Numbered from the whole stretch's first letter, positions 26,278-39,774 are shown. The stretch is 63,936 nt of DNA, filler included, from Octopus bimaculoides (GCF_001194135.2; 7 parts of 5 records of this genome joined end to end with filler, not necessarily neighbours in it); one strand, 5' to 3'. A program made the numbers and translations. Notes: generated from the sequence alone by a model not told the origin.

Positions 26278-27088
26278 TGTTGAAGAATCAAATGAAGAGC
26301 AGATTTCAATCCCAGGATCATCCTAATTCCAAAAAGGCATAATATGTCTATGTAAAGCAAATGTAGACTGAGATACACAGGTCCTGGTCAGACAAAATTT
26401 CACATTTATAGATAATTTTGTATATGGGTATACATCTTATAGTATGCTGTTTAAATTTCATTCATAATATTCGGCTATCTAATTTCATTAGCAGTACGCA
26501 GATATAAGCTACTGGATTTACTTCAGAAATTCTGTCATGTCTGTAGAGTTTATATATCATGAGTGGAAAAATGGAATTCTGAAGATTCTTTATCATTCAC
26601 TACAATCATTTCAACCCATTGTGCAAGGGTGCCTCACGGGTGAGATACTGTACAAACAGTTGTGGTGCATTGTAGGAGTGGATGAGTTTCATCTCCATTT
26701 CTCTTATTTCAATTAGAATACATTTTGGTAGTTGTAGTGTGTTACTTGTCTATGTGAAGAGCTGGTTTATATTGTAGGATGCTTCTCATATAAGCAATAA
26801 GGTGACTTGCAACGAATAAAAAAAATATAGAAATAAGTAAATGAATCAAATATGTTATACACTGGTAATGAAATGCAGTTAAATAAAACCATGCAATCAG
26901 GATAGAACAAAAACAATCGGACATTCAAGTTGACCTAAGCTCACCTTTACATTTTCATGTAACAAATGATTTAGCAAATTCATAAATGTACACACACACA
27001 TACATATATATATATACTCACATACAATATACACACACGAATATTCATACTTGCTTATCAGCATATTCTATATAAACTGTATATAGAT

Positions 27089-28642
27089 ACACAAAGTCTT
27101 AATAAGTAGGAAGGTAGACAAAACACAAAACCTTTCAGGTATATGGCCCTGCTTGATCTGTAGAAAAGGCGTAGGTAGAAACTCCATAAGATGTACCCAG
27201 TGTAAGCTATGGACACATAAGAGGTGTGGCAATATCAAAGGAAGGCTAACTGGGAAGATAGTTTTTGTGTGTGGCAGATGCTCAGGAGCAATAAACACTG
27301 TAAATGCGCAGAAAACAACCTCTGCCACATTCCAGGGAGAAAAACTAGAAGTAGTTGATAGCTTTCGCTACCTAGGTGACCAAGTTAGTAGCGGGGGAGG
27401 GTGCACTGAAAGTGTAGCTGCTAGAATAAGAATAGCCTGGGCAAAGTTCAGATACCTCTTACCTCTGTTGGTGACAAAGGGCCTCTCAATCAGAGTAAAA
27501 GGCAGACTATATGATGCATGCGTACGAACAGCCATGCTACATGGCAGTGAAACATGGGCCCTGACTGTTGAAGACATACGTAAGCTCACAAGGAATGAAG
27601 TCAGTATGCTCCGATGGATGTGTAATGTCAGTGTGCATACTAGACAGAGTGTAAGTACCTTGAGAGAAAAGTTGAACCTAAGAGGCATCAGTTGTGTGCA
27701 AGAGAGATGGTTGCGCTGGTATGGTCATGTGGCAAGAATGGACGAGGATAGCTGTGTGAAAAAGTGCCACACCCTAGCAGTTGAGAGTACCTGTGGAAGA
27801 GGTAGACTCAGGAAGACCTGGGATGAGGTCGTGAGGCACGACCTCCGATCTTTAGGCCTCACCAAGCCAATGACTAGTGACCGGGACCTTTGGAAATATG
27901 CAGTATATGAGAAGACCCGGCAAGCCAAGTGAGAACATAATCTGTGACCTCTGCCAGAAGTGTAGCCAGCTCACTTATTCGTATCTTTACTTCATTGGAC
28001 ACTAAAAACTCTGCTTGCGAAGACTTGTTGAGGCAAGTGAATTTGGAATTTGAAATCTGAAATCAAAATCCAACCGAACCCGACGACTGGTACCCATGCC
28101 AATCTCTCTTTCTTTGGACACTAAACTCTGCTTGCGAAGACCTGTTGGGGCAAGTGAAATCGAAATCGTAATTGAACCATACTCGTTGACTGGCACCTGC
28201 ACCAGTGGAGCACTAACAGCACTGTCCGAGCGTGTTCATTGCCAGAGCAGCTGTCTGGCTTCCGTGCTAGTGGCCCGTAAATGGCACCATTTGAGTGTAA
28301 TCGTTACCAGCATTACCTTCTAGCACTTGTGCTGGTAGCACATTAGAAAATCATTCGAGCGAGGTCGTTGCCAGTGCCGCTGAACTGGCTCCCATGCAGG
28401 TGGCACGTAAAAAACACCATTTTGAGCGTGGCCGTTGCCAGTACCTCCTGACTGGCCCTCACGCTGGTGGCACATAAAAGCATCCACTACACTCTCGGAG
28501 TGGTTGGCGTTAGGAAGGGCATCCAGCTGTAGAAACTGCCAAATCAGATTGGAGCCTGGTGCAGCCTTCTGGCTTGCCAGTCCTCAGTCAAATCGTCCAA
28601 CCCATGCTAGCATGGAAAGCGGATGTTAAACGATGATAATGA
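27089..28642 (+). mobile_element. RTE-clade LINE, 5'-truncated: ORF2 C-terminus (to stop at 27932), 3' UTR and (GAT)n tail
   Basis: KVLIS, then a PHD-like finger, then VDSFRYLG, AMLHGSETW, LRWYGHVARM and GRGRLRKTW. The UTR ends atggaaagcggatgttaaacgatgataatgat. Confidence 0.92.
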
Positions 28643-29014
28643 TACACACACACACACACCAACCCCACATATGCATTTATAAGCAAACATATTTGTTCAC
28701 CCACACATATTCCTATACATATATCTAACTATATTTAACAACACAAATATGTACATCTGCAACTGTAACTACCCACATACATATGTCATACACAGACATA
28801 TCTACATTCATGCACATATACCCATATAAAGATATACTGAGACATCCATTGACACACTTATACTTATGTCAACACACACACACACTCAGATATTAAGATG
28901 CAAAAGATAAGACTGAAGTCTTATCTTTTGCATCTTAATTATTTGATTCTGTAGTGTAGTCTGGGTCATGAATGCAAAGGACATATGAATGTTAGAAAGA
29001 AATGAAAATAGTAT

Positions 29015-29310
29015 GCTCTATTGGATGTGTACTGACAGTGTGCATATACAAGAAAGTAAAAATGTGAGAAAAAAAACTGGGCATAAGAAGGTATCAGATT
29101 TGATTCTTAAAACTGTGTTGGTATGGGTATGTGATATGCACAGATGAAAACAGCTGCATAAAGTGTCAATCACTAAACATGGATGGAAAACTGAGGACGG
29201 TATGGGACAAAAGAGAGAAGACTGGTAATTCATGCTTGAGAAAACTAGCCCAACCTGGCAAAAATGAGGTCCTAAAAGCATGTTTTGTCTTGACGCTGGA
29301 CGATGCATTT
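29015..29310 (+). mobile_element. Degenerate RTE ORF2 C-terminal fragment
   Basis: tggatgtgtactgacagtgtgcatatacaag aligns with WMCNVSVHTRQ of the 27089 copy. Confidence 0.6.
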
Positions 29311-31647
29311 AAGCTGTACTCACAACCCATCTTTCTGATACACATCCCTCCATGACCCTTCTAACCACAGCACCTCAGCTGCTGCAAATATAAGAGAGCA
29401 GAGGTGCACATATTTTGTCCCCTACATTTTTATGCTACCAGTTCCTTCCTCTCCTTGAAGCCACTTAGCATGTTTAGTATCATTCTATACATTATTGATC
29501 ATCATTTCATATCAGTCATTAACCCCACTGCCCTTGCCCTTCACTTTCTTGTTTATTCCCTCCTACCTCTAATCCTTGCCCTTGTGAATGAACCGCCTTC
29601 ACTCTCTCCTGCACTTCCCACCATCTCCCTATATCTTGTCTATACAGTTTTATTACAATGCAGCTTTTCATCCCCACTTTTGTATTACTACTTATCACCT
29701 CCTTCCTGACTCCTATTTCGTTCACCTTCTTCAAAACTGATATTCACTACTGAACCTTCCCCCTCCCCTCTTTGCCATTCATTACATCACCTATATCCCT
29801 ATATTCCCTACCTCTAACTATCTGTTGCTCACCTCACACTCTTGCAAATTTACCTGATCCTCTATCTCTATTCCCCTCATATTCACTCTTTTGTACCTTG
29901 AAGGTATGTCTTTACACCTCATAGTCAGTTTTCCTCTCTCCATTTTCAATTGGAGTGGCCATGTATCTCAGCAACAGCAAGACATCAATTCCAGTCTCTT
30001 TATCATTCTTATCTCTCAACACTTGGCAAAAGCCATCTCCCTCAATACTACACTCCCTTCATTCAAGGTGGTCTTAACTTGTGAGCTGCTTGGCAATCTC
30101 ACAGGAACAGGTGATATGAAAAAGCATCCAGTGACTTTGTAAAGTAGTTGACATTAGGAAGAGCATCCAACCATAAAACCTATGCCAAAATGGACATTGG
30201 AGCTCCACATATTCCTCTGACCTGTTGAATCCTATCAAACTCTGCCCCAACTCCTGCCAGCATAGAGTACAGATGCTAAGTGATGATGCGTTTGTAATCC
30301 AAGAACATAAAATCTTGTGGTCAAACAAGGCAGTAAAGTCTTTAATATCTTAATTTTCATTTTTCTACTCATGCTCATTGCTCTGGGACACTTGCACCTT
30401 ACAAAATCTATCTGTTTTGATAGCCTGCCTGTTATCCCACTACAACATATGCATGTTGATAAATATATATATATATACAAATATCATATATGAATATCAT
30501 TCAACTATGGTAGTAGTTGAATAATATTCTTAAGGCAGCAATTTACATCAAAATTTGTAGCAATGTTATAGGAGAGTAAGTGATGCTTCCAATCAAGTTT
30601 AGCTCTAAATAATTTTTTTATTTTAAAAGCAAAATATATTTATCTTAGCTTCAATGATAGAAGAAAGCATGAGGAATTTCATAGTTTTGGTCCCATGCAA
30701 TAAAAATTTGTATTAAAAAAGGTGTGAGGTAAAATATGAAAAAATATAAGGCAAAAAATTGGATTTAAGTATGATTAACTTTTTTATTGTAAAAACAAAC
30801 TATATTTTAATTAAGCTTAAATGATAGAGCTCAACCTGAGGAATTTCATGGTATCAATCTCAAGTGATGAAGTTTAAAAAAAAAATGTTATGAGTGTTTG
30901 TTTTTCAAATTTGAAATATTCATTTATGATGAGTAACAAATAAGTTTTTACTTATCATTTATCGATTTATTATCAAAATATTGACAATTTCTAATGAAAA
31001 TGGGCCAAATTTTGAAAATTTTAAATAAATAGAATAACAGTTTTATTTTTTTTAGTTATTTTTATCATCAGTATCTTCTTGTTATTATCATTTTTTATTC
31101 TTATCACATTAGCAAATTTTTTCTGATCTGCTTCTCCTTTGGCTAAATAAACCTGTCTCCTAGCTTCCCTTCTGGCAGTCTGGTACAATTCCCTGCTACC
31201 ACCGTTCTTCCAATCCTTTCAAGCTTGTTTCTTTCTACCTCCTTGTTCCACCACCACGTTAGTCTGGGTTGAGAGGGGACTTTACACCAGCCACAGATCT
31301 GGTCGGTGGCTCNNNNNNNNNNNNNNNNNNNNNNNNNNNNNNNNNNNNNNNNNNNNNNNNNNNNNNNNNNNNNNNNNNNNNNNNNNNNNNNNNNNNNNNN
31401 NNNNNNNNNNNNATTTTGTATTTGGAGTTAAGTTCCTTCATGATAAGTTTCTTATAAGTAGTGTAATCCAGTTTTTATAAATTTCCTGTTTTAAACTAAT
31501 ATTGATATCTGTAAAACAATACTGATGCTCTATTCAGACTAAAGAAAAAGCCCTGTTTGACCTATATGCTTAGGGTTTAATTCCTGAACATTTTGATAGT
31601 AGTAAAAACCCCAACCTATAATAGTGTTGCCACTCTGACCAGAGAAA

Positions 31648-31709
31648 CCTTTATAACCATATCCTTTATAACCATATCCTTTATAACCATATCCTTTATA
31701 ACCATATCC
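31648..31709 (+). repeat. 15-bp tandem repeat x4
   Basis: (cctttataaccatat)x4. Confidence 0.95.
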
Positions 31710-31943
31710 ATGTATAATGCTTACACCTTCCCTTTCCTTAGAAGTGATTGTCCCTTATACTATAACTACTAGATAAGAGACAATAAAATCAGAGACAGTT
31801 AGAATTTCTGCCTAGAACCAATTACTAGCCTGCTAGCCTTGGCTATGTCAAGATGGATTTTTATGTATTCTTCTTCCCACTTGGATTTGAAATGTTGCCA
31901 CAATTATGATATGTCTATTCTACTGTAATTTTCTACATTTTCG

Positions 31944-32031
31944 TGCAGCTGAAGATTGCTCTACATATTGCATTTAATGTAATGCTCGCATTACTTAAAT
32001 AAATGGAGTAGCATGAAACGTGCATACTGCA
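31944..32031 (+). ncRNA. Paralogous hammerhead motif (same family as 56282)
   Basis: GUGCAG CUGAAGA UUGCUC...GAGUAGCAU GAAA CGUGCA UA/CUGCA. Stem III palindrome is damaged. About 170 bp of flanking similarity (31885-32060 vs 56225-56405). Confidence 0.75.
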
Positions 32032-32096
32032 ATCATCTTTAAAATCCATGTTGCTTATTTTGATTTTTTATATATATATATATATGTATGTATATA

Positions 32097-32320
32097 CCGT
32101 AAATCCTTGAGTATAATCCGCAATTTTTTCCCAAAATTTAAAGGTCAAATTTTCTAGTGTGTACTATATACAAGGTTAAAAATGAAAAATATTTTCTAAG
32201 CAAAATTTTCTAAGTGATAAATATGTAAAGGCAATTTATTTAATATTTATTTTTCACTGACGTTATGACTGTTATTTCTTTATTTTCTGCAAAGTGCACA
32301 AAAAAGCTACACGTTTGCAT
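32097..32320 (+). mobile_element. Left end of a related MITE
   Basis: TA|ccgtaaatccttgagtataatccgc, the same terminus as 32958/33342. Confidence 0.7.
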
Positions 32321-32328
32321 TATGTTAT

Positions 32329-32715
32329 TGTTGTTGTTTTGTTGGCATTCTGTCGCTAACGACGTCGAGGGTTCCATTTGATCAACGGAACAGCCTGCTC
32401 ATGAAATTAACGTGCAAGTGGCTGAGCACTCCACAGAAATGTGTACCCTTAACGTAGTTCTCGGGGATATTGAGCGTAACACAGTATGACAAGGCTGGCT
32501 CTTTGAAATACAGGTACAACCAAAACAGGAAGAAAGAGTGAGAGAAAGTTGTGGTGAAAGAGTACAGCAGGGTTCGCCACCATCCCCTGCTGGAGCCTCA
32601 TGGAGCTTTAGGTGTTTTTGCTCAATAAACACTCACAATGCCCGGTCTGGGAATCGAAACCGCGATCCTATGATCACGTGTCCGCTGCCCTAACCACTGG
32701 GCCATTGATCCTCCA
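32329..32715 (-). mobile_element. tRNA-derived SINE (family C), full length, 11-bp TSD
   Basis: Reverse complement of the 60601 copy. TSD cattatgttat at 32318-32328 and 32716-32726. Confidence 0.9.
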
Positions 32716-32730
32716 CATTATGTTATATAT

Positions 32731-33568
32731 ACAATATTCTCTTCTAAACAAAACCCTAAAAAATATCTGTTTTATATAAATGAACAAGCTGTTTGTACAC
32801 TCATATAATTTTATTTGACAAGTTCTAGAAGAGAATGAAAACACTAAAAATAATGAAGAAATAAAAGGATTTTTTTCCAAAATTCTAAGGACTTTTTTTT
32901 CTCAATATTCAATTTCTGTACATCACACCTATCACTCAAAATATATACATACATATACTGTAAATCCTCGAGTATAGTCCACCCTTGAGTATTATATGCA
33001 AGGGAATTTTTAGGGGGCTGTACCTCTGATAAACTTAAACCTTGTGTATAATAAGCACCCCTTCTCTAATGTTAGTCAAGGAGGTCTATATAACATCCTT
33101 GATTTGTAAACATATATACAGTAATGTCCTTTATTATTATTGTATTATGTTATATATACAATAATAATAAAGGACGTTACTGTTTATACATTTACAAACT
33201 AAGGACGTTATATAGACCTCCTTGACTCAAGTTAGAGAAGGGGTGCGTATTATACACAAGGTTTAGGTTTTTCAGAGATACAGCCCCCTAAAAATCCCCT
33301 GCGTATTATACTCAAGGGCGGATTATACTCGAGGATTTACGGTATATGTATGTATATATTTTGAGTGTTAGGTGTGATGTACAGAAATTGAATATTGAGA
33401 AAAAAAGTCCTTAGAATTTTGGAAAAAAATCCTTTTATTTCTTCATTATTTTTAGTGTTTTCATTCTCTTCTAGAACTTGTCAAATAAAATTATGTGAGT
33501 GTACAAACAAGTTGTTCATTTATATAAAACAGATGTTTTTTAGGGTTTTGTTTAGAAGAGAATATTGT
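32731..33568. repeat. 838-bp palindrome (MITE plus ~225-bp inverted flanks)
   Basis: 32731-32957 is the reverse complement of 33343-33568 with only a few mismatches. The ORF track shows near-identical peptides on opposite strands (32674-32880 and 33395-33604). Confidence 0.92.
32958..33342. mobile_element. Tc1/mariner-type MITE with very long imperfect TIRs
   Basis: TA|ctgtaaatcctcgagtat...atactcgaggatttacgg|TA. Nearly the whole element is self-complementary. Confidence 0.85.
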
Positions 33569-33596
33569 TTTTGTTTTTTTTGTGGGGTGAGGATAC

Positions 33597-33630
<34 letters not shown>

Positions 33631-33676
33631 GCATAGATAGATAGATAAATAGATAGATGCATAGATAGATAGATAA

Positions 33677-33707
<31 letters not shown>

Positions 33708-34298
33708 GATAGATAGATAGATAGTCAGACAGATGGACAGATAGGTAGAGGGAAAGAGAGAGTGAAGGGGTATCTACCTTCCTATTCACTATTCATTCAT
33801 TTATCCATTTATCTAATCCTTTACCATTGTATTGGAATGGGTTTAAGAACAGTGACCTCTTCAAAAGAATAAATAAATAAAAACATTTTAAAATATATAC
33901 AAAAAATGAAATAAAAAATAAAAACAGGTTCGGTTTGGTCATCACTGAAAGTTATTTTGCTTTCTTTCTCTTTTCCCTTTTTTTATTCATAAAGCTAGAA
34001 CATCCCGATGCTACACCTAGATATATCTGAACATTTGTAGAGATGAGCCACATTTGGAATAAAGAATAGAATTCAAATTTTCCACTTTACCTTCAAACAT
34101 TCAATTTTAGGGAGAATCCCTTGATGAAGTGTGTGTGCGTCTTTGGGAACATGTCCATGTTTATTCTGTGTAACTTCAATCATGCCCCTTTCAATTCCAT
34201 GATTTTGTGTTAGAGAACATTAGTATAAAACTTACAAAGTGTACTATCTCTGCTTCACTTTCAAACATTCAATTTTGAAGAGACTCTTTTTATGAAAT

Positions 34299-35245
34299 CT
34301 AGTTCCATTGCTTTTCGGTATTGCGGAACGTCTTGTGCACATTTGTAAAAGGGAAAAATTTTGAATTTCCATTGCTGCATATTTCCAGGGACTTAATTAA
34401 TGGAATCTTGCGTAATTCCACTTGTCGGATATGTTGCCTGTGGATTCTTGCATGTTGGCAAAGGGACTTATTTGTTTTACCAATGTAATTTTCTTTGCAG
34501 TTTGGGCAGGTAATGTAGTATAAGAGGTTTTGCGATTTGCAGTTCATATCTGCATTTATTTTGAAAAGGGAACTGCTCTTGAATTTTATGTGAGAACCAC
34601 TTTCCAAGTTTTTGAAGTTGTTGATATTGTTGCATGTTCCACATCTCCTATCTTCACATTCTTTTACTAAAAATTCTGATTCATTCTCTGATTTGAATTC
34701 TGCCCTTGTGACATGTTTCTTAAGATTTTTTGGTTGGCGTCTGCTATTCCTTAAGGTGTTTTGTCAATCAGTGTTTGCATTTTGGGGCTTTGTAGGTGTA
34801 TAGGTAAATTCAATTTTCTGGCATGAAAGATGTTGGTTATTCCAGAACTCTGTGTGTTAATGAATGGAGTTGTGTTTTAACTAACTTTTTCCTTAGGTGT
34901 CTATAGTTGGGTGATGTTCAGTTTCATTGCCTTTTTAATTTCCTCATTAATTAATCCTAAGGGGTATTTCTGCATCGTGAGGAAGCCTTTGAGTTCACTG
35001 AGTCGGATGTCATGTATTTTGGGATCAGTCACTATAGCACCAATGCATCTTGCCATGTTGTATGGGATGTCCCTTTTGATGTGTGATGGATGGAAAGAGT
35101 AGAAATTTAAATATTGGTGTGTGTCAGTTTTTTTGTAAAATATGTCTGTTGTGACTGTGGAGTTCTGTTTTTATGTGGATATCCAGGAATGGTAGTTCAT
35201 TGCAACTGAATTCTGTTGTGAATTTGATGGATGGGTGAAATATGT
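34299..35245 (-). mobile_element. Second Penelope-like element fragment (RT thumb + GIY-YIG), frameshifted
   Basis: HPSIKFTTEFSCNELPFLDIHIK, and NCKSQNLLYYITCPNCKENYIGKTNKSLCQHARIHRQHIR. Confidence 0.85.
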
Positions 35246-35963
35246 ATGCATATATATACATATATATATATATANNNNNNNNNNNNNNNNNNNNNNNNNN
35301 NNNNNNNNNNNNNNNNNNNNNNNNNNNNNNNNNNNNNNNNNNNNNNNNNNNNNNNNNNNNNNNNNNNNNNNNNNNNNNNNNNNNNNNNNNNNNNNNNNNN
35401 NNNNNNNNNNNNNNNNNNNNNNNNNNNNNNNNNNNNNNNNNNNNNNNNNNNNNNNNNNNNNNNNNNNNNNNNNNNNNNNNNNNNNNNNNNNNNNNNNNNN
35501 NNNNNNNNNNNNNNNNNNNNNNNNNNNNNNNNNNNNNNNNNNNNNNNNNNNNNNNNNNNNNNNNNNNNNNNNNNNNNNNNNNNNNNNNNNNNNNNNNNNN
35601 NNNNNNNNNNNNNNNNNNNNNNNNNNNNNNNNNNNNNNNNNNNNNNNNNNNNNNNNNNNNNNNNNNNNNNNNNNNNNNNNNNNNNNNNNNNNNNNNNNNN
35701 NNNNNNNNNNNNNNNNNNNNNNNNNNNNNNNNNNNNNNNNNNNNNNNNNNNNNNNNNNNNNNNNNNNNNNNNNNNNNNNNNNNNNNNNNNNNNNNNNNNN
35801 NNNNNNNNNNNNNNNNNNNNNNNNNNNNNNNNNNNNNNNNNNNNNNNNNNNNNNNNNNNNCAAACATGAACAAGCAAGAAAAAACACATAAAAACAACAA
35901 TGCAAGGATGTGGAATAAGTACAGTGTTACTGGCCGCTCAGGAAAGAAAAGAAAAGGAAAAGG

Positions 35964-35998
35964 ATTTCATGTTTCAAGCGGAGCTCTTCATCAGAAAT
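35964..35998 (-). ncRNA. Degenerate minimal hammerhead (same family as 13663)
   Basis: Minus strand: AUUU CUGAUGA A GAGC UCC GCUU GAAA CAUG AAAU. Downstream similarity between 13730-13850 and 36020-36140. Confidence 0.6.
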
Positions 35999-36725
35999 AT
36001 AGAAAAATTCCAAAGAAGGGAAGACAGAGAAAGAAAATCGCCAACGATACACACATGGTCACATACTGAAATGACCGGAAGGGAAAGGGTGGAGAAAAAG
36101 TTCCTTTCAAAGACAGGAGAGTGCAAGAGAAGGAGGTATGTATGTGTGTGTGGGTATGTGCGTGCGCGCAAGTCTCTGTGTGTGTGTGGGTATGTGCGTG
36201 CACGCAAGTCTCTCTCTCTGTGTGTGTGTATGTGGTTGTGGCTGTTTATGTATGTGTGTGGTTGGACTTAGTATCATTTAAGGTCAGAGGAAGAATGTAT
36301 AGTAAGAATTTTGATAGGAGTGGCTGCCTATTGTGTGTCTACCTACACAAGTGCATCGGAGAATGGTCAGTAGAAACGTACTGGTAGTTTGAAGTATTTG
36401 TGTGTGCGTATATGTATATGTAGGGTGTGTGTGTGTTTTGTTTCCAGTGTGCATGTGTACATGTGGGTGTGTGTATGCGTGAGGTTGTGTCTGTGGAGTA
36501 ATTGTACTTTACTTGTGTGTGTGTGCCTGTATGTGCATGTGTGTGTACATGTATGTGTGCTGTGTGTGTATGGGAGGTATGTGTGGGTTCATCTGCATGT
36601 GCATATATATATATATATATATATANNNNNNNNNNNNNNNNNNNNNNNNNNNNNNNNNNNNNNNNNNNNTTAATTAATTAANNNNNNNNNNNNNNNNNNN
36701 NNNNNNNNNNNNNNNNNNNNNNNNN

Positions 36726-36766
<41 letters not shown>

Positions 36767-37254
36767 TAGATATATACACACACACGCAGCCACATACGCA
36801 CACACAGACACCCCCACACGTACACACCCAGGCACACGCACACACACTCACACGTGTGTGTGTCTGTGTGTGTGTGCGCAAGTTTTGGTGTTTTTCACCA
36901 ATGATAGTAATTGTTGTGTACTGGAAACCTGTAAGCAATGACACAATTATTCACCATGGATATAAAAAGGAAGAATATAAATAATTGCACTCTTTTCTCT
37001 CACAGCCAAAATATTGCCAACTCTCGATATATCATCTAATTATATACTACACGAATATTTTTTAATCTATAGACCTGTCTACTAGTTTAATTTTCTTTAC
37101 ACTTAAGAAACGTTACACAAGCTTCTGATTGTCTCACCTCCATATTTCATTTCTGTGTCTATCAATTATCGGTTGAACTTACATAAGAAACGTCTCTTCG
37201 TTCATTTTAACTTCTGTTCTGCGCTCTACTATACAGCGGATTTTTCTTCCTATT

Positions 37255-37291
<37 letters not shown>

Positions 37292-37448
37292 ATATATATA
37301 TATATCTATCTATCTCTCCCTCTCTCTCTCCCTCTCTCTATCTTCATATATATATATAAATAAATAAATATATATTGTATTTTCACAATAAAGTTCCATA
37401 TCAGACACTTGGAAATTTCTGCCAGGTAGCAATCTTCGGACTTTGTCG

Positions 37449-37486
37449 TTCGATGAAGGTCAGGTGGCCGAAGCTTCGAAGTCACT
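37449..37486 (+). ncRNA. Degenerate minimal hammerhead
   Basis: tcgatga a GGTC aggt GGCC gaag CTTCGAAG TC. The core is altered but stem II and the palindromic stem III are kept. Confidence 0.5.
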
Positions 37487-37616
37487 TTTAGTCGCCACAC
37501 TTCTTGAAAAAGTATAATAAATGTTTTACCTACAAAAGTATTTGGTAATTTTCGTTTTGAAATAAGTTTCCTTACATTTTGACATAAAATAAACCCTAAG
37601 GTATATACACACATAC

Positions 37617-37665
<49 letters not shown>

Positions 37666-38925
37666 NNNNNNNNNNNNNNNNNNNNNNNNNNNNNNNNNNN
37701 NNNNNNNNNNNNNNNNNNNNNNNNNNNNNNNNNNNNNNNNNNNNNNNNNNNNNNNNNNNNNNNNNNNNNNNNNNNNNNNNNNNNNNNNNNNNNNNNNNNN
37801 NNNNNNNNNNNNNNNNNNNNNNNNNNNNNNNNNNNNNNNNNNNNNNNNNNNNNNNNNNNNNNNNNNNNNNNNNNNNNNNNNNNNNNNNNNNNNNNNNNNN
37901 NNNNNNNNNNNNNNNNNNNNNNNNNNNNNNNNNNNNNNNNNNNNNNNNNNNNNNNNNNNNNNNNNNNNNNNNNNNNNNNNNNNNNNNNNNNNNNNNNNNN
38001 NNNNNNNNNNNNNNNNNNNNNNNNNNNNNNNNNNNNNNNNNNNNNNNNNNNNNNNNNNNNNNNNNNNNNNNNNNNNNNNNNNNNNNNNNNNNNNNNNNNN
38101 NNNNNNNNNNNNNNNNNNNNNNNNNNNNNNNNNNNNNNNNNNNNNNNNNNNNNNNNNNNNNNNNNNNNNNNNNNNNNNNNNNNNNNNNNNNNNNNNNNNN
38201 NNNNNNNNNNNNNNNNNNNNNNNNNNNNNNNNNNNNNNNNNNNNNNNNNNNNNNNNNNNNNNNNNNNNNNNNNNNNNNNNNNNNNNNNNNNNNNNNNNNN
38301 NNNNNNNNNNNNNNNNNNNNNNNNNNNNNNNNNNNNNNNNNNNNATATATATATATATATATATATATAGGCGCTCACATAGGTGTAGGAGTGGCTGTGT
38401 GGTAAGTCACTTGTGTGGTAAGTAACTCAAATGAGTTAAATACGCAAATATCAAGGAAAAAAAGAATACAGAGAATGACGCTTCATCAGTTGTTGGCTGT
38501 CTATCTACCCTCCATTTTGAGCAATCAATGACAATATGAGTCTTCGAATACAGTTACTTCCATAAATACCATAATCAAATTTTGGATTTATGGAGGGTCA
38601 AAGTCAGGAACAAAAACAGGATAGTGGAGACATACAGGAAAACCGAACGAAAACATACAAGGAGTGTCGTTAGACCTGAACGAGGGGAAAATAGTGAACG
38701 CCTAGAGAAATATTTCCTTCGAAAAGAGAAAAGATAGAAGAGAAAGCGATAGATGTCCAGTCGTTAGAACGTTCGTGCAGGAATGAAATATGTTCACGGG
38801 AGGAAAAGATAGATGGACGATGGTCACGTGTGAGCAACGAGAGATAGGAAAAGAGAAAGAAGGGGAGAGAGACAGATATAGTGAAAGGGAGAAAAAGGAA
38901 ATTAGAGAGGATAGGGGAGAAAACA

Positions 38926-38967
<42 letters not shown>

Positions 38968-39774
38968 CACCAGCATGACCGCAGCCACTTGGCTGAAACA
39001 CATAAATAAATAAATAAAATATATATATACACACAGATACCATACATACATACATACATACATACATGCTCGGTGTTGTTTCTCGATGATAGTATATTTG
39101 TTCTGTACTATGTAAAGACACTTCCTTATCAGGATTGACATCAGTAATGTGGTAAACCAATAAATAAATATTCTATACTTGCACAGCTCCAGTACCTTGT
39201 TCAGGCGTGTTATTGAAATATATCTTTTTTTCTATGAGAAATAATTCGCAACCCGCTTTAAATTCCTCATTTCGAGAAAAGGGGTCATTGATTTTCAATC
39301 AATTGCAGGCCTCAGGTCATTTTCTTTCTTTTTAGATAGGGCATCTTCATATTTCATGCTTTATGGAATTTTTAGCATTACGAAAATATTGATGACAGGG
39401 AGTTTTTAATATTATTATTATTCTCCTTTCCTCTAACGAGTTTATTCTTCGTACATTTTTGTGTTTAATATTCATTTTGATTTTAAATTTCTAATTTTCT
39501 CTTTACTGTCATCATTTATTCGTTTCTTTTTATTTATTTCTTTTACAATCTTTTATCGGAGACCCCTTCCTTGTTACTTCCTTTCTCTTCATTTCTTCTT
39601 AATTTTGACATTTTTCTAAGATTGTTTATGTTATTTACAGCGTTAGCGCTTCTAGCATCTGTTGTTGTTGGCTTTCTACATGGATTGAGATTGTGTGCGA
39701 TACTTTATATATCTGTATATATGGACATTTATATATATATTTATATATATATATATATATACAGAAACATAAAT

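Noticed and set aside
31648-31709. Short tandem repeats (15-mer x4; 21-mer x3 at 12467) as a CRISPR-like array
   Set aside because: There are no spacers, no cas genes, and the context is eukaryotic.
38480-38510. Isolated CUGAUGA/CUGAAGA motifs (also near 77, 16370, 44268, 48355, 54588)
   Set aside because: No correctly placed stem II, GAAA and stem III could be found.
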